From positions 14,777-78,776 of the forward strand of contig JAQUYH010000005.1 in the NCBI GenBank assembly GCA_028691955.1: a DNA stretch of 64,000 bases, read 5' to 3'. Under the pieces are notes generated by a model. That model saw only the letters and a list, made by a program, of their open reading frames with translations. It was not told where the DNA came from and did no database searches. Positions 1-10,235 of the stretch are shown in pieces. A program made the position numbers and the translations under genes. Numbering within the stretch: the stretch's first letter is position 1; each line of letters opens with the position of its first letter. Origin of the DNA: Bacilli bacterium. GTDB lineage: Bacteria > Bacillota_I > Bacilli_A > RF39 > UBA660.

Positions 1-797
1 TAATAAGCCGCACTTCTATCTACCTTACTAGGGTCTTTACTACTAAAGCATCCTCCACCAATATGCCCTACACCACCATATGTATCACATACAATTTTTC
101 TTCCAGTTGTTCCACTATCAGCAAATGGGCCACCTACTACAAAAGACCCACTCGTATTAATTAAAAATTTAGTTCTTTCATCAATTAAATTGCTAGAAAT
201 AGTCGGTTTGATAACAAGCTCTATTACTTTATCTCTTAATTCTGAAAATAAAACAGAAGCATTATGTTGGCAAGCAATAACAACAGTATCAACCCTTTTA
301 GGCGTTCCATTTTCATATTCAATAGTAACCTGTGTTTTACCATCTGGCAATAACCAACTTACCTCTCTATTCCTTCTAATTTCAGATAATCTAAAGGCTA
401 ATTTATTAGCCAATGATAGCGAAAGAGGCATTAACTCCTTTGTTTCATCACATGCATAACCAAACATAATTCCTTGATCTCCTGCACATAATTTGGAGTT
501 TTCCACAGCTTTGTGGATTTCTTTAGATTGGCTTCCAACTTTAACCAAGACAGTAAATTCTTCTAAATAGCCAATTTCTTTTAGTACGTTTTTAGCTATA
601 CTAGCATAATCTAAATTAGCCTTAGTATTAGCCTCTCCATAAATAAGAATAAAATTATCCTTAATTGTTGCCTCTACTGCCATTTTACTATTTTTATCAA
701 TGGCCAAAGCACTGTCCAAAATCTTATCACTAATTTTATCACAGATTTTATCTGGATGACCTTCTGTAACAGATTCACTTGTAAATAAATAATTCAT
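1..797 (-). CDS. metK: S-adenosylmethionine synthetase, C-terminal part cut by window edge
   Basis: Absent from the ORF track because it runs off the window. Reverse translation from the ATG at 797-795 gives MNYLFTSESVTEGHPDKICDKISDKI. Near position 1 it reads GGPFADSGTTGRKIVCDTYGGVGHIGGGCFSSKDPSKVDRSAAY. Both are MetK signature blocks. Confidence 0.9.
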   Translation of the reverse strand, partial: MNYLFTSESVTEGHPDKICDKISDKILDSALAIDKNSKMAVEATIKDNFILIYGEANTKANLDYASIAKNVLKEIGYLEEFTVLVKVGSQSKEIHKAVENSKLCAGDQGIMFGYACDETKELMPLSLSLANKLAFRLSEIRRNREVSWLLPDGKTQVTIEYENGTPKRVDTVVIACQHNASVLFSELRDKVIELVIKPTISSNLIDERTKFLINTSGSFVVGGPFADSGTTGRKIVCDTYGGVGHIGGGCFSSKDPSKVDRSAAY

Positions 798-821
798 ACA
801 CCTCTCCTTTTACTTTTCATC

Positions 822-945
822 AAAATAAAAAACTCTAGGAAAGAGTTTAATTCTTTCTTTATCGCTGTTAGCTGAACCACCTTACTTAAAAGGTTGGTAT
901 GAGATCTTTGAGCTAACTCTCTCCCTCATTCTTGATAAAAAGCTA
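822..945 (-). promoter_or_regulatory. SAM-I (S-box) type riboswitch leader with intrinsic terminator, upstream of metK
   Basis: The minus strand reads UUAUCAAGAAUGAGGGAGAGAGUUAGCUCAAAGAUCUCAUACCAACC...AAGGUGGUUCAGCUAACAGCGAUAAAGAA. The P1 arms are UUAUC/GAUAA, with a GAGGGA box and an AAGGUG box. It is followed by the hairpin AAACUCUuuccuAGAGUUU plus a U-run (822-848), directly 5' of metK. Confidence 0.65.
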
Positions 946-950
946 ATTAC

Positions 951-979
951 ATTATAATAGTATATAACAAAATTGTAAA
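951..979 (-). promoter_or_regulatory. sigma-A type promoter for the metK leader
   Basis: The minus strand has TTTACA (979-974), a 17-nt spacer, then TATAAT (956-951), a few nt before the riboswitch P1 stem. Confidence 0.55.
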
Positions 980-1088
980 GCGCAAAAACGATATACCTTC
1001 CAAAAATATTACCTTTATAAAAAGAAAAACATAGACTTATTTAAAATTAGAAACTAATTATTCCAATATTTTACACTAAAATAATAGC

Positions 1089-1289
1089 TTAATATGTAAA
1101 TATATCATCTAAAAATCCAACTACTAAATAAGAAAGACTAACAACAATTAAAAAATAAAGAAATCTTGCTTTTAAAACACTATTTTTTTTAAAAATAGCA
1201 TTAATATTCAAACTATCAACAGAATAAGCAACCAAAGGGGTAATGATTAAATATAAAATAATTTTATAACTTATTATCATATTCATCAA
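1089..1289 (-). CDS. small two-TM membrane protein, unknown function
   Basis: 66-aa ORF with two hydrophobic segments. It overlaps the rpiB stop and is co-oriented with it. No recognisable motif. Confidence 0.4.
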   Translation of the reverse strand: MMNMIISYKIILYLIITPLVAYSVDSLNINAIFKKNSVLKARFLYFLIVVSLSYLVVGFLDDIFTY

Positions 1290-1701
1290 TCATATTAATT
1301 CTTCTAATATGCCTCTCCTCATTAGAAAATTTAGTACTTAAAAACTTACTTACAAGCCCTTTCATCTTAAATAGAGAATCTTCCGCAGATAAAGCTATCA
1401 CATTTGCATTATTGTGATATCTTGCACAATAAGCATCATTTTTAGTATCCACCTTCGCACATCTAATACCTTTCACCTTATTAGCTGCTATACTCATACC
1501 TATGCCTGTACCACAGATTAAAATTCCTAAATCAATATTATCCATATCTTCACAAAGTTTAAAAGCAAACAATGGATAATCAACCGAATCTATAGAATCA
1601 GTCCCATAGTCAATACATTCAAATCCTTTTATATTTAAAAAGTTAATAATTTCGGTCTTTCTTTTAACACCTCTGTGATCAGAAGCTATTCCAATCTTCA
1701 T
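1264..1701 (-). CDS. rpiB: ribose-5-phosphate isomerase B (RpiB/LacAB family)
   Basis: KIGIASDHRG and CGTGIGMSIAANKVKGIRCA motifs. The start was moved to the ATG 9 nt after an AGGAGA RBS. Confidence 0.85.
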   Translation of the reverse strand: MKIGIASDHRGVKRKTEIINFLNIKGFECIDYGTDSIDSVDYPLFAFKLCEDMDNIDLGILICGTGIGMSIAANKVKGIRCAKVDTKNDAYCARYHNNANVIALSAEDSLFKMKGLVSKFLSTKFSNEERHIRRINMIDEYDNKL

Positions 1702-1815
1702 AAGCATCATTCTCCTATCTATATTTATTTTACAACAACTATACTTTCAAGTAAACATTTAAAAAACAACTTGGAAAACTTATATAAATAGTTTATAATA
1801 ACTATGGTGAATAAT

Positions 1816-3066
1816 ATGTATAAATTTATTGAAAACTTAAATGAAAAAGAATATGAAAATTTTGTTTACAACAGTGACAAAGCTCATTTCATGCAAAGTA
1901 AAGAATGGAGTCTTGTTCAAAAAGAGAAAAAATTTTCATCCCATCTAGTAGGAATTAAAAAAGACAATATTTTAATTGGGACAGCATTACTTTTAGAAAA
2001 AAAATTATTGAAACATTTTTCATATATTTATTGCCCAAGAGGATTTATAATTGACTACAGCAATAAAGCTGATGTTAAAGCTTTCACAAAAAAAATAAAG
2101 TTATTTTCTAAAAAAAGAAAAGCTATTTTCTTTAGGATTGATCCTGATATAAAACTTCAAAATTTAGATTCAGAAGGAAACAGTTTAAACAGTAATAATA
2201 ACGGATGGCTAGTAGACTATTTAAAAAAAATCGGATTCAAACACAAAGGTTTTAATAAAAATTTTGAAAACAGTCAACCGCGATATACATTTAGACTTAA
2301 CATAGAAAAAAATATAGACGAAATCTTTAAAGGATTCCATCCCACAACAAGAAAAATTCTAAATAAAGGAAATTTATATGATTTGAACATACAAAAAAAC
2401 AACATAGAAACATTTGATGGTTTTTACGAAACAATGTTAGAAACAGCCAAAAGAGAAAATATTAAACCTTCTAGTTTAGAATACTATAAAAATTTTTACA
2501 ATATATTACATAAAAACAATATGAGCGATCTATATACAATATCTGTTGACATCAACAATTTAAAAAAAATTTATAAAAATTTAGTTGCAGAAACAAAAAA
2601 AGATATAGAAAAACAGAAAGCAAATATCAATCAGGAAAAAGCACAAAAAATAATAAATGATTTAAACAATAAACTAGAAAAACAAAAAAAAGAATTATTA
2701 GTGATTGAAGATATCAAGGAAAGATATTTAACACTAGCTGCCATTATAACCGCCAAATACAAAGATAAAGTTTGGACTGTTCATGGTGGAAATCATAGCT
2801 TACTTAGAGAACTTAATGCTAACTATTTAATATACTATGAGATAATAAAAGACGCTAATAAAGACGGATATAAAATAATAGATTTCTTTGGTACAACAGG
2901 AAATCCTATAGAAGCAAATCCAATATACGGAATACATCTATTTAAAAAAAGACTAGGCGGCGAATATACTGAATTTATTGGAGAGTTTGACTATATAAAT
3001 CATAAAATACTATATTTCCTTTATATGAATTATATAAAATACAAGAAAAGAAAAAAGCAACGTTAA
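1816..3066 (+). CDS. FemAB-family peptidoglycan interpeptide-bridge aminoacyltransferase
   Basis: [11 protein letters not shown] near the N-terminus, a central coiled-coil insertion, and a C-terminal [11 protein letters not shown]-like block, all typical of FemX/MurM. GGTGA RBS before the ATG at 1816. Confidence 0.75.
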   Translation: MYKFIENLNEKEYENFVYNSDKAHFMQSKEWSLVQKEKKFSSHLVGIKKDNILIGTALLLEKKLLKHFSYIYCPRGFIIDYSNKADVKAFTKKIKLFSKKRKAIFFRIDPDIKLQNLDSEGNSLNSNNNGWLVDYLKKIGFKHKGFNKNFENSQPRYTFRLNIEKNIDEIFKGFHPTTRKILNKGNLYDLNIQKNNIETFDGFYETMLETAKRENIKPSSLEYYKNFYNILHKNNMSDLYTISVDINNLKKIYKNLVAETKKDIEKQKANINQEKAQKIINDLNNKLEKQKKELLVIEDIKERYLTLAAIITAKYKDKVWTVHGGNHSLLRELNANYLIYYEIIKDANKDGYKIIDFFGTTGNPIEANPIYGIHLFKKRLGGEYTEFIGEFDYINHKILYFLYMNYIKYKKRKKQR

Positions 3067-3266
3067 GCTGCTTTTTTTTCTAATTTTGCTTTGAACTTTT
3101 CTACATTTCCCTTTTTAGAAGTAGATAATTGTTGTCCTGTATAATGTGGATGACATTTATCACAAGTCTCTATATGTAATTCACTTTTATTAGATTTAAC
3201 TGTAAAAGTATTACCGCAAGCGCAAGTAACTTTAGTATCAACATACTTTGTTCCTATTTCTTTCAT
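3063..3266 (-). CDS. rpmE: 50S ribosomal protein L31
   Basis: [25 protein letters not shown]...[10 protein letters not shown], the Zn-ribbon form of L31. The start was trimmed to the MKE methionine. Confidence 0.9.
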   Translation of the reverse strand: MKEIGTKYVDTKVTCACGNTFTVKSNKSELHIETCDKCHPHYTGQQLSTSKKGNVEKFKAKLEKKAA

Positions 3267-3356
3267 TATAATTCTCCTTCCGCCATGACAAACATTTGCC
3301 ATAGAAATTTAATACCAAAATAGTATAGCAATAAAAACAAAATTTTGCAACAGTTT

Positions 3357-4613
3357 TTAATAATCTTCTATTTGAATTTTAGCTCCAACCGCTCTTAACT
3401 TCTCCACAATGTTTTCGTACCCTCTTAAAACATGCTCAATTTCTTTAATATAAGTTACACCATTTGCTTTTAAAGCAGCAAGAACTAAGCAGGCTCCTGC
3501 TCTTAAATCTGTTGCTTCCACAACACATCCCGATAAATGACTTGGCCCATTTATTTTAATATTTCTGTTATCAATTTTTTCTATATTGGCTCCCATTGCA
3601 TTTAAAAATTCAATATTCTTAAATCTATTCTCATATATTGTTTCCTCTAAAATAGATATACCATCACATTGAGTAAGTAAAGTTGTTAAAGGCTGCTGCA
3701 AATCCGTAGCAAAACCAGGGTAACCCAAGGTCTTAACCCTTACAGGCTTTATTCTATCCTTGGCAGAAACCCCAACATAGTCAACACCTATATCCAATTT
3801 AAAACCCATTTCTTTTAACTTCAAAGTTAATGCATCAATATGTTCAGGAATAACATTACAAATTCTTAAATTATTACCTATTAAGGCACCAGCTATCAAA
3901 TAAGTTCCAGCCTCTATTCTATCAGGGATAACCTCAATATAGGCCTTACCTAAATAAGAAACTCCTTTTATTACTATCTCAGAAGTTCCAGCACCAGTAA
4001 TCTTAGCTCCCATATTATTAAGAAATGTTGCTATATTAACTATTTCAGGCTCCTTTGCAGCATTTTCTATAATGGTTGTGCCCTTAGCTTTTACAGCTAC
4101 AAGCATTGTATTAACTGTTGCACCAACACTAGGCATATCCAAATAAACATGACTTCCAATAAGCTCATCTGCTGTTATAATATATTTATTTCCATATTCT
4201 TCAACTAATGCCCCCATCGCCTTATACGCTTTTAAAGTTTGATCAATAGGCCTAGCTCCAATAGAGCAACCACCAGGAAAATACATTTCTACCTTTTTAA
4301 ATCTGCCTAGAAGTGCTGACATAAAATAATAAGAAGCCCTTAGCTTTTTACTTATTTCTTCAGGTATAGGCTTATTCTTAATGTTTTTACTATTAATTTC
4401 CATTATACCATCAGTTTCACCAACTTCAGCTTCTAAATACCTTAATATCTCATTTAAAGCATCAATATCTGAAATATCTGGGACATTATCAATTTTCACA
4501 ATGTCATCAGATAGTATAGCTGCTGGAATCAAAGCCACCGCACTATTTTTTGCACCACCTATTAATATATTTCCCGACAAAACATTATTTCCCTCTACAA
4601 TTATTTGCTTCAT
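3357..4613 (-). CDS. murA: UDP-N-acetylglucosamine 1-carboxyvinyltransferase
   Basis: 418 aa with GGAKNSAVALIPAAIL, GGCSIGARPID and TDLRAGA blocks. Confidence 0.95.
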   Translation of the reverse strand: MKQIIVEGNNVLSGNILIGGAKNSAVALIPAAILSDDIVKIDNVPDISDIDALNEILRYLEAEVGETDGIMEINSKNIKNKPIPEEISKKLRASYYFMSALLGRFKKVEMYFPGGCSIGARPIDQTLKAYKAMGALVEEYGNKYIITADELIGSHVYLDMPSVGATVNTMLVAVKAKGTTIIENAAKEPEIVNIATFLNNMGAKITGAGTSEIVIKGVSYLGKAYIEVIPDRIEAGTYLIAGALIGNNLRICNVIPEHIDALTLKLKEMGFKLDIGVDYVGVSAKDRIKPVRVKTLGYPGFATDLQQPLTTLLTQCDGISILEETIYENRFKNIEFLNAMGANIEKIDNRNIKINGPSHLSGCVVEATDLRAGACLVLAALKANGVTYIKEIEHVLRGYENIVEKLRAVGAKIQIEDY

Positions 4614-4629
4614 AACTCACCCCTTGTAA

Positions 4630-5481
4630 TTAACTCCTATTTTCACTACCCAATAATTTAATCTTAGCTATAACAGCTTCCTTTAATGCTGCTTCTCCAG
4701 ATTTTATAATCTTTCTAGGATCGTATACACTCTTATCTTGATCTAAAAATTTTCTAACCGCATTGCTCCAAACAATTTGCAACTCAGTATTAATATTTAG
4801 CTTGCAAATTCCACAAGAAATTGCTTTTCTTATTTTCTCATCATCAATTCCTGTTCCACCATGCAAAACCAGTGGAATATTTAATGATTCACTAATTTCC
4901 TTCATCGTTTCAAAGTTTAACTTAGGTTCACCTTTATAAAGACCATGAACACTTCCTAAAGCAGGAGCTAAAAAATCAATACCCGTAGCATTTACAAATT
5001 TAACAGCCTCTGATGTTGTCGTATATAATATGCTTTTCTCTTTACCGTCCTCAGTTCCGCCAACATGGCCAACCTCAGCTTCTACCGAAATATTATAATG
5101 CTTACAATAATTAACAACCTTTTTTGTAATATAAATATTGTCTTCAAAATCATGCATAGAAGCATCAATCATTACAGAACTAAAACCAGCTTTTACTGCC
5201 TCTTTACAAGAATCGTATGATGAGCCATGATCTAAATGAAGAGCCACTGGTATCTTTATATCCAATTCCTTAATCAAAGACTTAACAATACTACTTACCA
5301 CAGTATACCCGCCCATATACTTTACAGCCCCTTCTGAAACCCCAATAATCAAAGGACTATGAACACTATCGGCAGCTTCTAATATAAACCTTGTCCATTC
5401 CAAATTATTAATATTAAAATGAGGCACACAATAATGATTAATAAGCGCATCATTCAACATTTTTCTCATATTCACTAACAT
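4630..5481 (-). CDS. fba: class II fructose-1,6-bisphosphate aldolase
   Basis: MLNDAL..HYCVPHFNINNLEW, HLDHG and LVLHGGTG motifs. ATG start at 5481 after a GGTGA RBS. Confidence 0.9.
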   Translation of the reverse strand: MLVNMRKMLNDALINHYCVPHFNINNLEWTRFILEAADSVHSPLIIGVSEGAVKYMGGYTVVSSIVKSLIKELDIKIPVALHLDHGSSYDSCKEAVKAGFSSVMIDASMHDFEDNIYITKKVVNYCKHYNISVEAEVGHVGGTEDGKEKSILYTTTSEAVKFVNATGIDFLAPALGSVHGLYKGEPKLNFETMKEISESLNIPLVLHGGTGIDDEKIRKAISCGICKLNINTELQIVWSNAVRKFLDQDKSVYDPRKIIKSGEAALKEAVIAKIKLLGSENRS

Positions 5482-5561
5482 ATTTATCACCACTTTAATT
5501 ATAAGATTTAATAGCTATAATTGCAATTAATATATTAAATTCAATGTCAAACAAAAGACAA

Positions 5562-8500
5562 TTAAGATAATAAATTAATAAAATCAACCAAATAGTATAT
5601 GAAATGCTTTTCTAATCCGTAAAGATTTAAAGTTATAAGTAAATTTTTTCCTAACATTTTAAACCTAAAATTTCTAGTAATATTTGTTGTATTTATAAAA
5701 AGGTCTGTTACTTTAATATTTTTAACTAGTTTTTCTGGAATAAGGATTTCAATTGTCTTATCATTTTGAATAACTCTTTCAATGCCAAGCTTGTTAGCTT
5801 TCTTCTCAAAGATTTCCTCATACATATAAATAATCACATCTTCATCTAGCTTTCCAAACCTATCTTCAAGTTCTTCTTTTACAATAAATAATTTATTCAA
5901 TGAATCAATTTCATTTATTTTTTTATGTATCTCAATTTTAACTTCTTCTTCACTAGCGAATTTATCATCAATAAAAGTTGAAACATCAATCAAAGGTAAA
6001 TCATCTTTCTCTTCTGGAGTAGAAATACCTTTTAAGCGATTAATTTCATCTTCCAACATATCCATAAAAAGCTCAATACCAACAGAATCGATAAAGCCGG
6101 CTTGCTCACTTCCTAAAATATCTCCAGCACCTCTAATTGATAAATCTCTCATAGCAATTGAAAAACCACTTCCTAGCTCAGTAAATTCTTTAATAGCGCT
6201 TAATCTTTTAACAGCAAGTTCATTCAATATCTTTTTTTGATTATACATTAAATAGCAATAAGCTATTTTAGTACTTCTCCCAACACGACCTCTTATTTGA
6301 TAAAGCTGCGATAATCCAAAGTAATCAGAATCTAAAATAATTAACGTATTTACATTAGGTATATCAATACCTGTTTCTATAATAGTAGTGCTGATTAAAA
6401 TATCATATTTTTTTTCAACAAACTTATTCATCACATCCTCTAATTCATTTTTCCCCATTTGCCCATTAGCCGTTACAATTTTAGCCTCTGGTACTAAAGC
6501 CTCAATTTCTCTTTTTTTTGTAGACATTTCAGAAATATGATTATATAAAATAAATATTTGACCTTTTCTAGAAAGTTCTTTATATATTGCATCCCTCATT
6601 ACTTGTTTATTTTCAGGTAACACATAGGTTTGAATAGGATACCTATTTACTGGTGGCGTTTCAATTAAAGATAAATTTCTAACACCAGCTAAAGACATTT
6701 GTAGAGTTCTAGGTATTGGAGTTGCGGACAAAGTTAAAACATCAATTTCATTTTTATATTCCTTTATCTTTTCTTTATGCTTAACGCCAAATCTCTGTTC
6801 TTCATCTATAATTAGTAACCCTAAATCCTTAAAAACAACTTCTTTGCCTAATATTTTGTGTGTTCCTATTAATAAATCTATTTTACCTACTTTTAAATCT
6901 TCGATAATTTGTTTTTGTTTTTTTAGTGAAATAAACCTATTTAAAATAGCAATTCTCACTGGAAAATTTTTAAATCGCTCAATAGCATTTTGATAATGCT
7001 GATGAGAAAGAATAGTTGTAGGGCACAAAATAGCTACTTGTTTACTCGAAAGAATTGCTTTAAAAGCAGCTCTAAAAGCAACCTCTGTTTTACCATATCC
7101 AACATCACCACATAACAATCTGTCCATTGGTCTTGAACTTTCCATATCTTTTTTAATTTCACTAATTACTTTTATTTGGTCAATAGTTTCTTGATACATG
7201 AAATCATTTTCAAATTCTTTTTGAATATTATTATCTCTATCAAAAGCAAAACCCTTTGCCTTTTCTCTTAAAGCATATAATCTTAGCAAATCCCCAGCTA
7301 TACTTTCTACCTTTTCTTTTGCTTTTGCTTTAGTTTTTGCCCATTCTTTACTATTCAATCTATTTAAAACAGGTATATTTCCTTCCTTTTGAGAATACTT
7401 ATAAACTTGATCAATTTTTTCCACAGGAATATAAAGTCTGTCATCTCCTCTATATTCAATAAACAAGTAATCTTTCTTAAGACCTTTTTTCTCTATGGTT
7501 TTTATTCCCAAATATTTCCCAATGCCATATAATGAATGTACAACAAAATCTCCAACATTAAGTTTAGATATATCTTTTATTCTTGTCCCTATTTTAAATT
7601 TCGTTTTATTTTTATAATTACTATCATTACTGCCTGTGAACAGATCATTTTCACTAATAATCAAATATTTTTCAAAATAAAAGCCCTTTGTTATTTTTCT
7701 CAAAATAACATTTATCTTTCCCTCAAATATTTTATTTTCATCAGTAATAACTGCATCAGTTATAACATCCATTACTTTTCTAATTTTTTCTTTTGAATTC
7801 AAGCAAATAATAATAGTATACCTTTCCTGTAACTTTTTGATATTACTCAAGAAAGCAATACTATTAATATTTCCTAAGTCAACCTTCTTATCATCATAAT
7901 AAACAGAATTTACCTTATTAGATGAATAACTAAAAAGTTCAAAATATTTTTCAGCATTATTTTTGATTTTATAAAAATCAAACATATAATTAATTTCTTC
8001 TTTTATAGACAAACTATTATTGTATTCAAAAACTTCGTCAACTAATCTTTCATAAGACAATTTTAAATCATGATAATTATTGAATATAACTTCACTTAAA
8101 TCAAAATTACTAATATTGGAGCCTTCAGTATAATTAGGCAAAAATTTCTGCTTTTTTTCATTTACATTATCAAACTTTTCCACAATAAATTCACTGTTAG
8201 GGCAAATACTCACAGAGTCAATCTTTTTACTAGAATGCTGTGTCTCTAAATCAAAACATCTAATACTTTCAATAACATCTCCCCATAATTCAATACGAAT
8301 AGGCTTATCACTATTAGGAGAAAATAAATCAATAACAAATCCTCTTACCGCAATATCCCCGGTTTTATTAACAAAAGAAGTTCTACTATAACCAATATCA
8401 ATTAATTTTTCCACAATAAAAGTAAGATTTACTTTATCTTTTACCTTTAAATTAATATAGGCATCTTCAAAAACTTTTTTGCTTGGCAAGAATCTTAAAT

Positions 8501-8822
8501 ACCCCATCAAATCAGTAATAACTATTGAACGCTTTTTTACTAAATAATCTAAAGTTTCAATTCTAATAGATTTAAACTCTGGAGAGACAGCTAAAGCTTC
8601 ACTCGTTAGAAAATCATCCATTGGAAAAAATAAAACATCCTCCGTATAATTTAACATTATTTGATAAAAATTATTGGCTTCATAAGTAGTAGAAAAAACA
8701 ATCACTAAATTAGTTTTAATTTTTTTAAAATAGTTATACACAAAAAGAGCCTTAGCTTCTTCATTAAGGCCTACTATTTCATCTTTTCCAAAGTCAAATT
8801 TTATATTACTAAAAAAACTCAT
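5562..8822 (-). CDS. mfd: transcription-repair coupling factor
   Basis: 1086 aa. It has a CarD-like block (GDFVVHSLYGIGKY), the helicase motifs GDVGYGKTEVA and DEEQRFGV, and a TRCF C-terminal domain. Confidence 0.95.
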   Translation of the reverse strand: MSFFSNIKFDFGKDEIVGLNEEAKALFVYNYFKKIKTNLVIVFSTTYEANNFYQIMLNYTEDVLFFPMDDFLTSEALAVSPEFKSIRIETLDYLVKKRSIVITDLMGYLRFLPSKKVFEDAYINLKVKDKVNLTFIVEKLIDIGYSRTSFVNKTGDIAVRGFVIDLFSPNSDKPIRIELWGDVIESIRCFDLETQHSSKKIDSVSICPNSEFIVEKFDNVNEKKQKFLPNYTEGSNISNFDLSEVIFNNYHDLKLSYERLVDEVFEYNNSLSIKEEINYMFDFYKIKNNAEKYFELFSYSSNKVNSVYYDDKKVDLGNINSIAFLSNIKKLQERYTIIICLNSKEKIRKVMDVITDAVITDENKIFEGKINVILRKITKGFYFEKYLIISENDLFTGSNDSNYKNKTKFKIGTRIKDISKLNVGDFVVHSLYGIGKYLGIKTIEKKGLKKDYLFIEYRGDDRLYIPVEKIDQVYKYSQKEGNIPVLNRLNSKEWAKTKAKAKEKVESIAGDLLRLYALREKAKGFAFDRDNNIQKEFENDFMYQETIDQIKVISEIKKDMESSRPMDRLLCGDVGYGKTEVAFRAAFKAILSSKQVAILCPTTILSHQHYQNAIERFKNFPVRIAILNRFISLKKQKQIIEDLKVGKIDLLIGTHKILGKEVVFKDLGLLIIDEEQRFGVKHKEKIKEYKNEIDVLTLSATPIPRTLQMSLAGVRNLSLIETPPVNRYPIQTYVLPENKQVMRDAIYKELSRKGQIFILYNHISEMSTKKREIEALVPEAKIVTANGQMGKNELEDVMNKFVEKKYDILISTTIIETGIDIPNVNTLIILDSDYFGLSQLYQIRGRVGRSTKIAYCYLMYNQKKILNELAVKRLSAIKEFTELGSGFSIAMRDLSIRGAGDILGSEQAGFIDSVGIELFMDMLEDEINRLKGISTPEEKDDLPLIDVSTFIDDKFASEEEVKIEIHKKINEIDSLNKLFIVKEELEDRFGKLDEDVIIYMYEEIFEKKANKLGIERVIQNDKTIEILIPEKLVKNIKVTDLFINTTNITRNFRFKMLGKNLLITLNLYGLEKHFIYYLVDFINLLS

Positions 8823-8835
8823 AATTTCTCCATAA

Positions 8836-9393
8836 TTACCTATGATTATATTTATTCATTAAAGACGGAAAGTCCAATTTTAAAAAATCATTAATTATAT
8901 CAAAAGATAAATCTATAATTTCGCATATAGAATCATACTCTTCAGTTGAAAATTTTCCTAATACATAATCCTTTGTATCAATTAATTTATTGTTAGCTAT
9001 TCCAATTTTTAACCTTTTATAACAAGTAGTATTTAGATTTACCTCTATATTTTTTAAACCATTATGACCGCCACTGCTGCCTTGATTTCGTAAACGATAC
9101 ACACCAACATCAAGGTCCAAATCGTCACTTACAATCAAAACATCATCAATACTTATTTTATAGTAATCAACATACCTTTTTACAACTTCTCCACTTAAAT
9201 TCATAAACTTTTGAGGTTTTAAAAGTATAACCTTTTCAGAACCAAATAAAAATTCGGTATAAAGTCCATCAAATCTTAAATTAAAGCTTAAATTATTTTT
9301 ATCAGCAAAATTATCAACAACTAAAAAACCAACATTATGCCTAGTTCTAACATATTCTTTTCCTGGATTGCCAAGACCAACAACCAATTTCAT
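8836..9393 (-). CDS. pth: peptidyl-tRNA hydrolase
   Basis: MKLVVGLGNPGKEY..TRHNVGF and GGHNGLKNI motifs. Confidence 0.95.
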   Translation of the reverse strand: MKLVVGLGNPGKEYVRTRHNVGFLVVDNFADKNNLSFNLRFDGLYTEFLFGSEKVILLKPQKFMNLSGEVVKRYVDYYKISIDDVLIVSDDLDLDVGVYRLRNQGSSGGHNGLKNIEVNLNTTCYKRLKIGIANNKLIDTKDYVLGKFSTEEYDSICEIIDLSFDIINDFLKLDFPSLMNKYNHR

Positions 9394-9401
9394 ATTCTCA
9401 C

Positions 9402-10235
9402 CTACTCATGATATTCTTTATATATTTCACTTTTAGACTTTTTTCTATCCTTTGCCACCTGTTTCATAGAAGATTTTAAATCCATTCCCTGATTTAAATA
9501 AAAACTAATATGCTCTTTAACATCTAATGAAGAGTAATCAACATCCATATTATTGCCTTCAGCAACTATAACAAATTCGCCCTTTAATTCAAATTCAGCA
9601 TCAATTACCTTAGAAATATCATCTCTTATAATTTGCTCATATTTTTTTGTTATTTCCCGGGAAATGCTTATTTTTCTGTCTCCAAGCACTTCCAACATAT
9701 TTCCCAAAGTTGACATTAACCTATGTGGAGCTTCATAAAATATTAACGCCCATTTTACAGATTTTAAATTTTCCAATTCCTTTTTTCTTAGATTTTCCTT
9801 ACTGTTTAGAAATCCATAAAATGTAAAGGGCATTGGTGTTATACCAGAAGTAATTAATGCAGGAATTAAAGCCGTAGCTCCAGGTAAACCAACAACATTA
9901 AATCCTTGGGAAATAATATAACTGGCAATTTCATATCCTGGATCACTAATTACCGGCGTCCCACGATCGGTAACCAAACCAACATCCACGCCTTTTTTTA
10001 AATAATCTAAAACTAATTCCTTTCTCTTACACTCATTAAATTTATGACTTGCAATAATTTTCTTTTTAATTTCAAAATGCTTTAGCAACTCTCCAGTAAC
10101 CCTAGTGTCCTCCGAAAATACAACATCAACTTTTTTTAAAGTATTTATCGCCCTAAAAGTCATATCTTCCAGATTTCCAATTGGTGTTGGTATTAAATAC
10201 AAATTGGGTTTACCATCATAACTATTCTGAATCAT
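9402..10235 (-). CDS. rsmI: 16S rRNA (cytidine1402-2'-O)-methyltransferase
   Basis: LYLIPTPIGNLEDMTFRA, SEDTR and ISDPG motifs. The start is set at the ATG at 10235, preceded by a GGGTGA RBS. Confidence 0.9.
   Translation of the reverse strand: MIQNSYDGKPNLYLIPTPIGNLEDMTFRAINTLKKVDVVFSEDTRVTGELLKHFEIKKKIIASHKFNECKRKELVLDYLKKGVDVGLVTDRGTPVISDPGYEIASYIISQGFNVVGLPGATALIPALITSGITPMPFTFYGFLNSKENLRKKELENLKSVKWALIFYEAPHRLMSTLGNMLEVLGDRKISISREITKKYEQIIRDDISKVIDAEFELKGEFVIVAEGNNMDVDYSSLDVKEHISFYLNQGMDLKSSMKQVAKDRKKSKSEIYKEYHE
9652..9665. promoter_or_regulatory. perfect Noc-binding-site (NBS) palindrome ATTTCCCGGGAAAT
   Basis: The sequence reads tATTTCCCGGGAAATg inside rsmI. This matches the 14-bp B. 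subtilis NBS consensus as I recall it. Confidence 0.6.
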
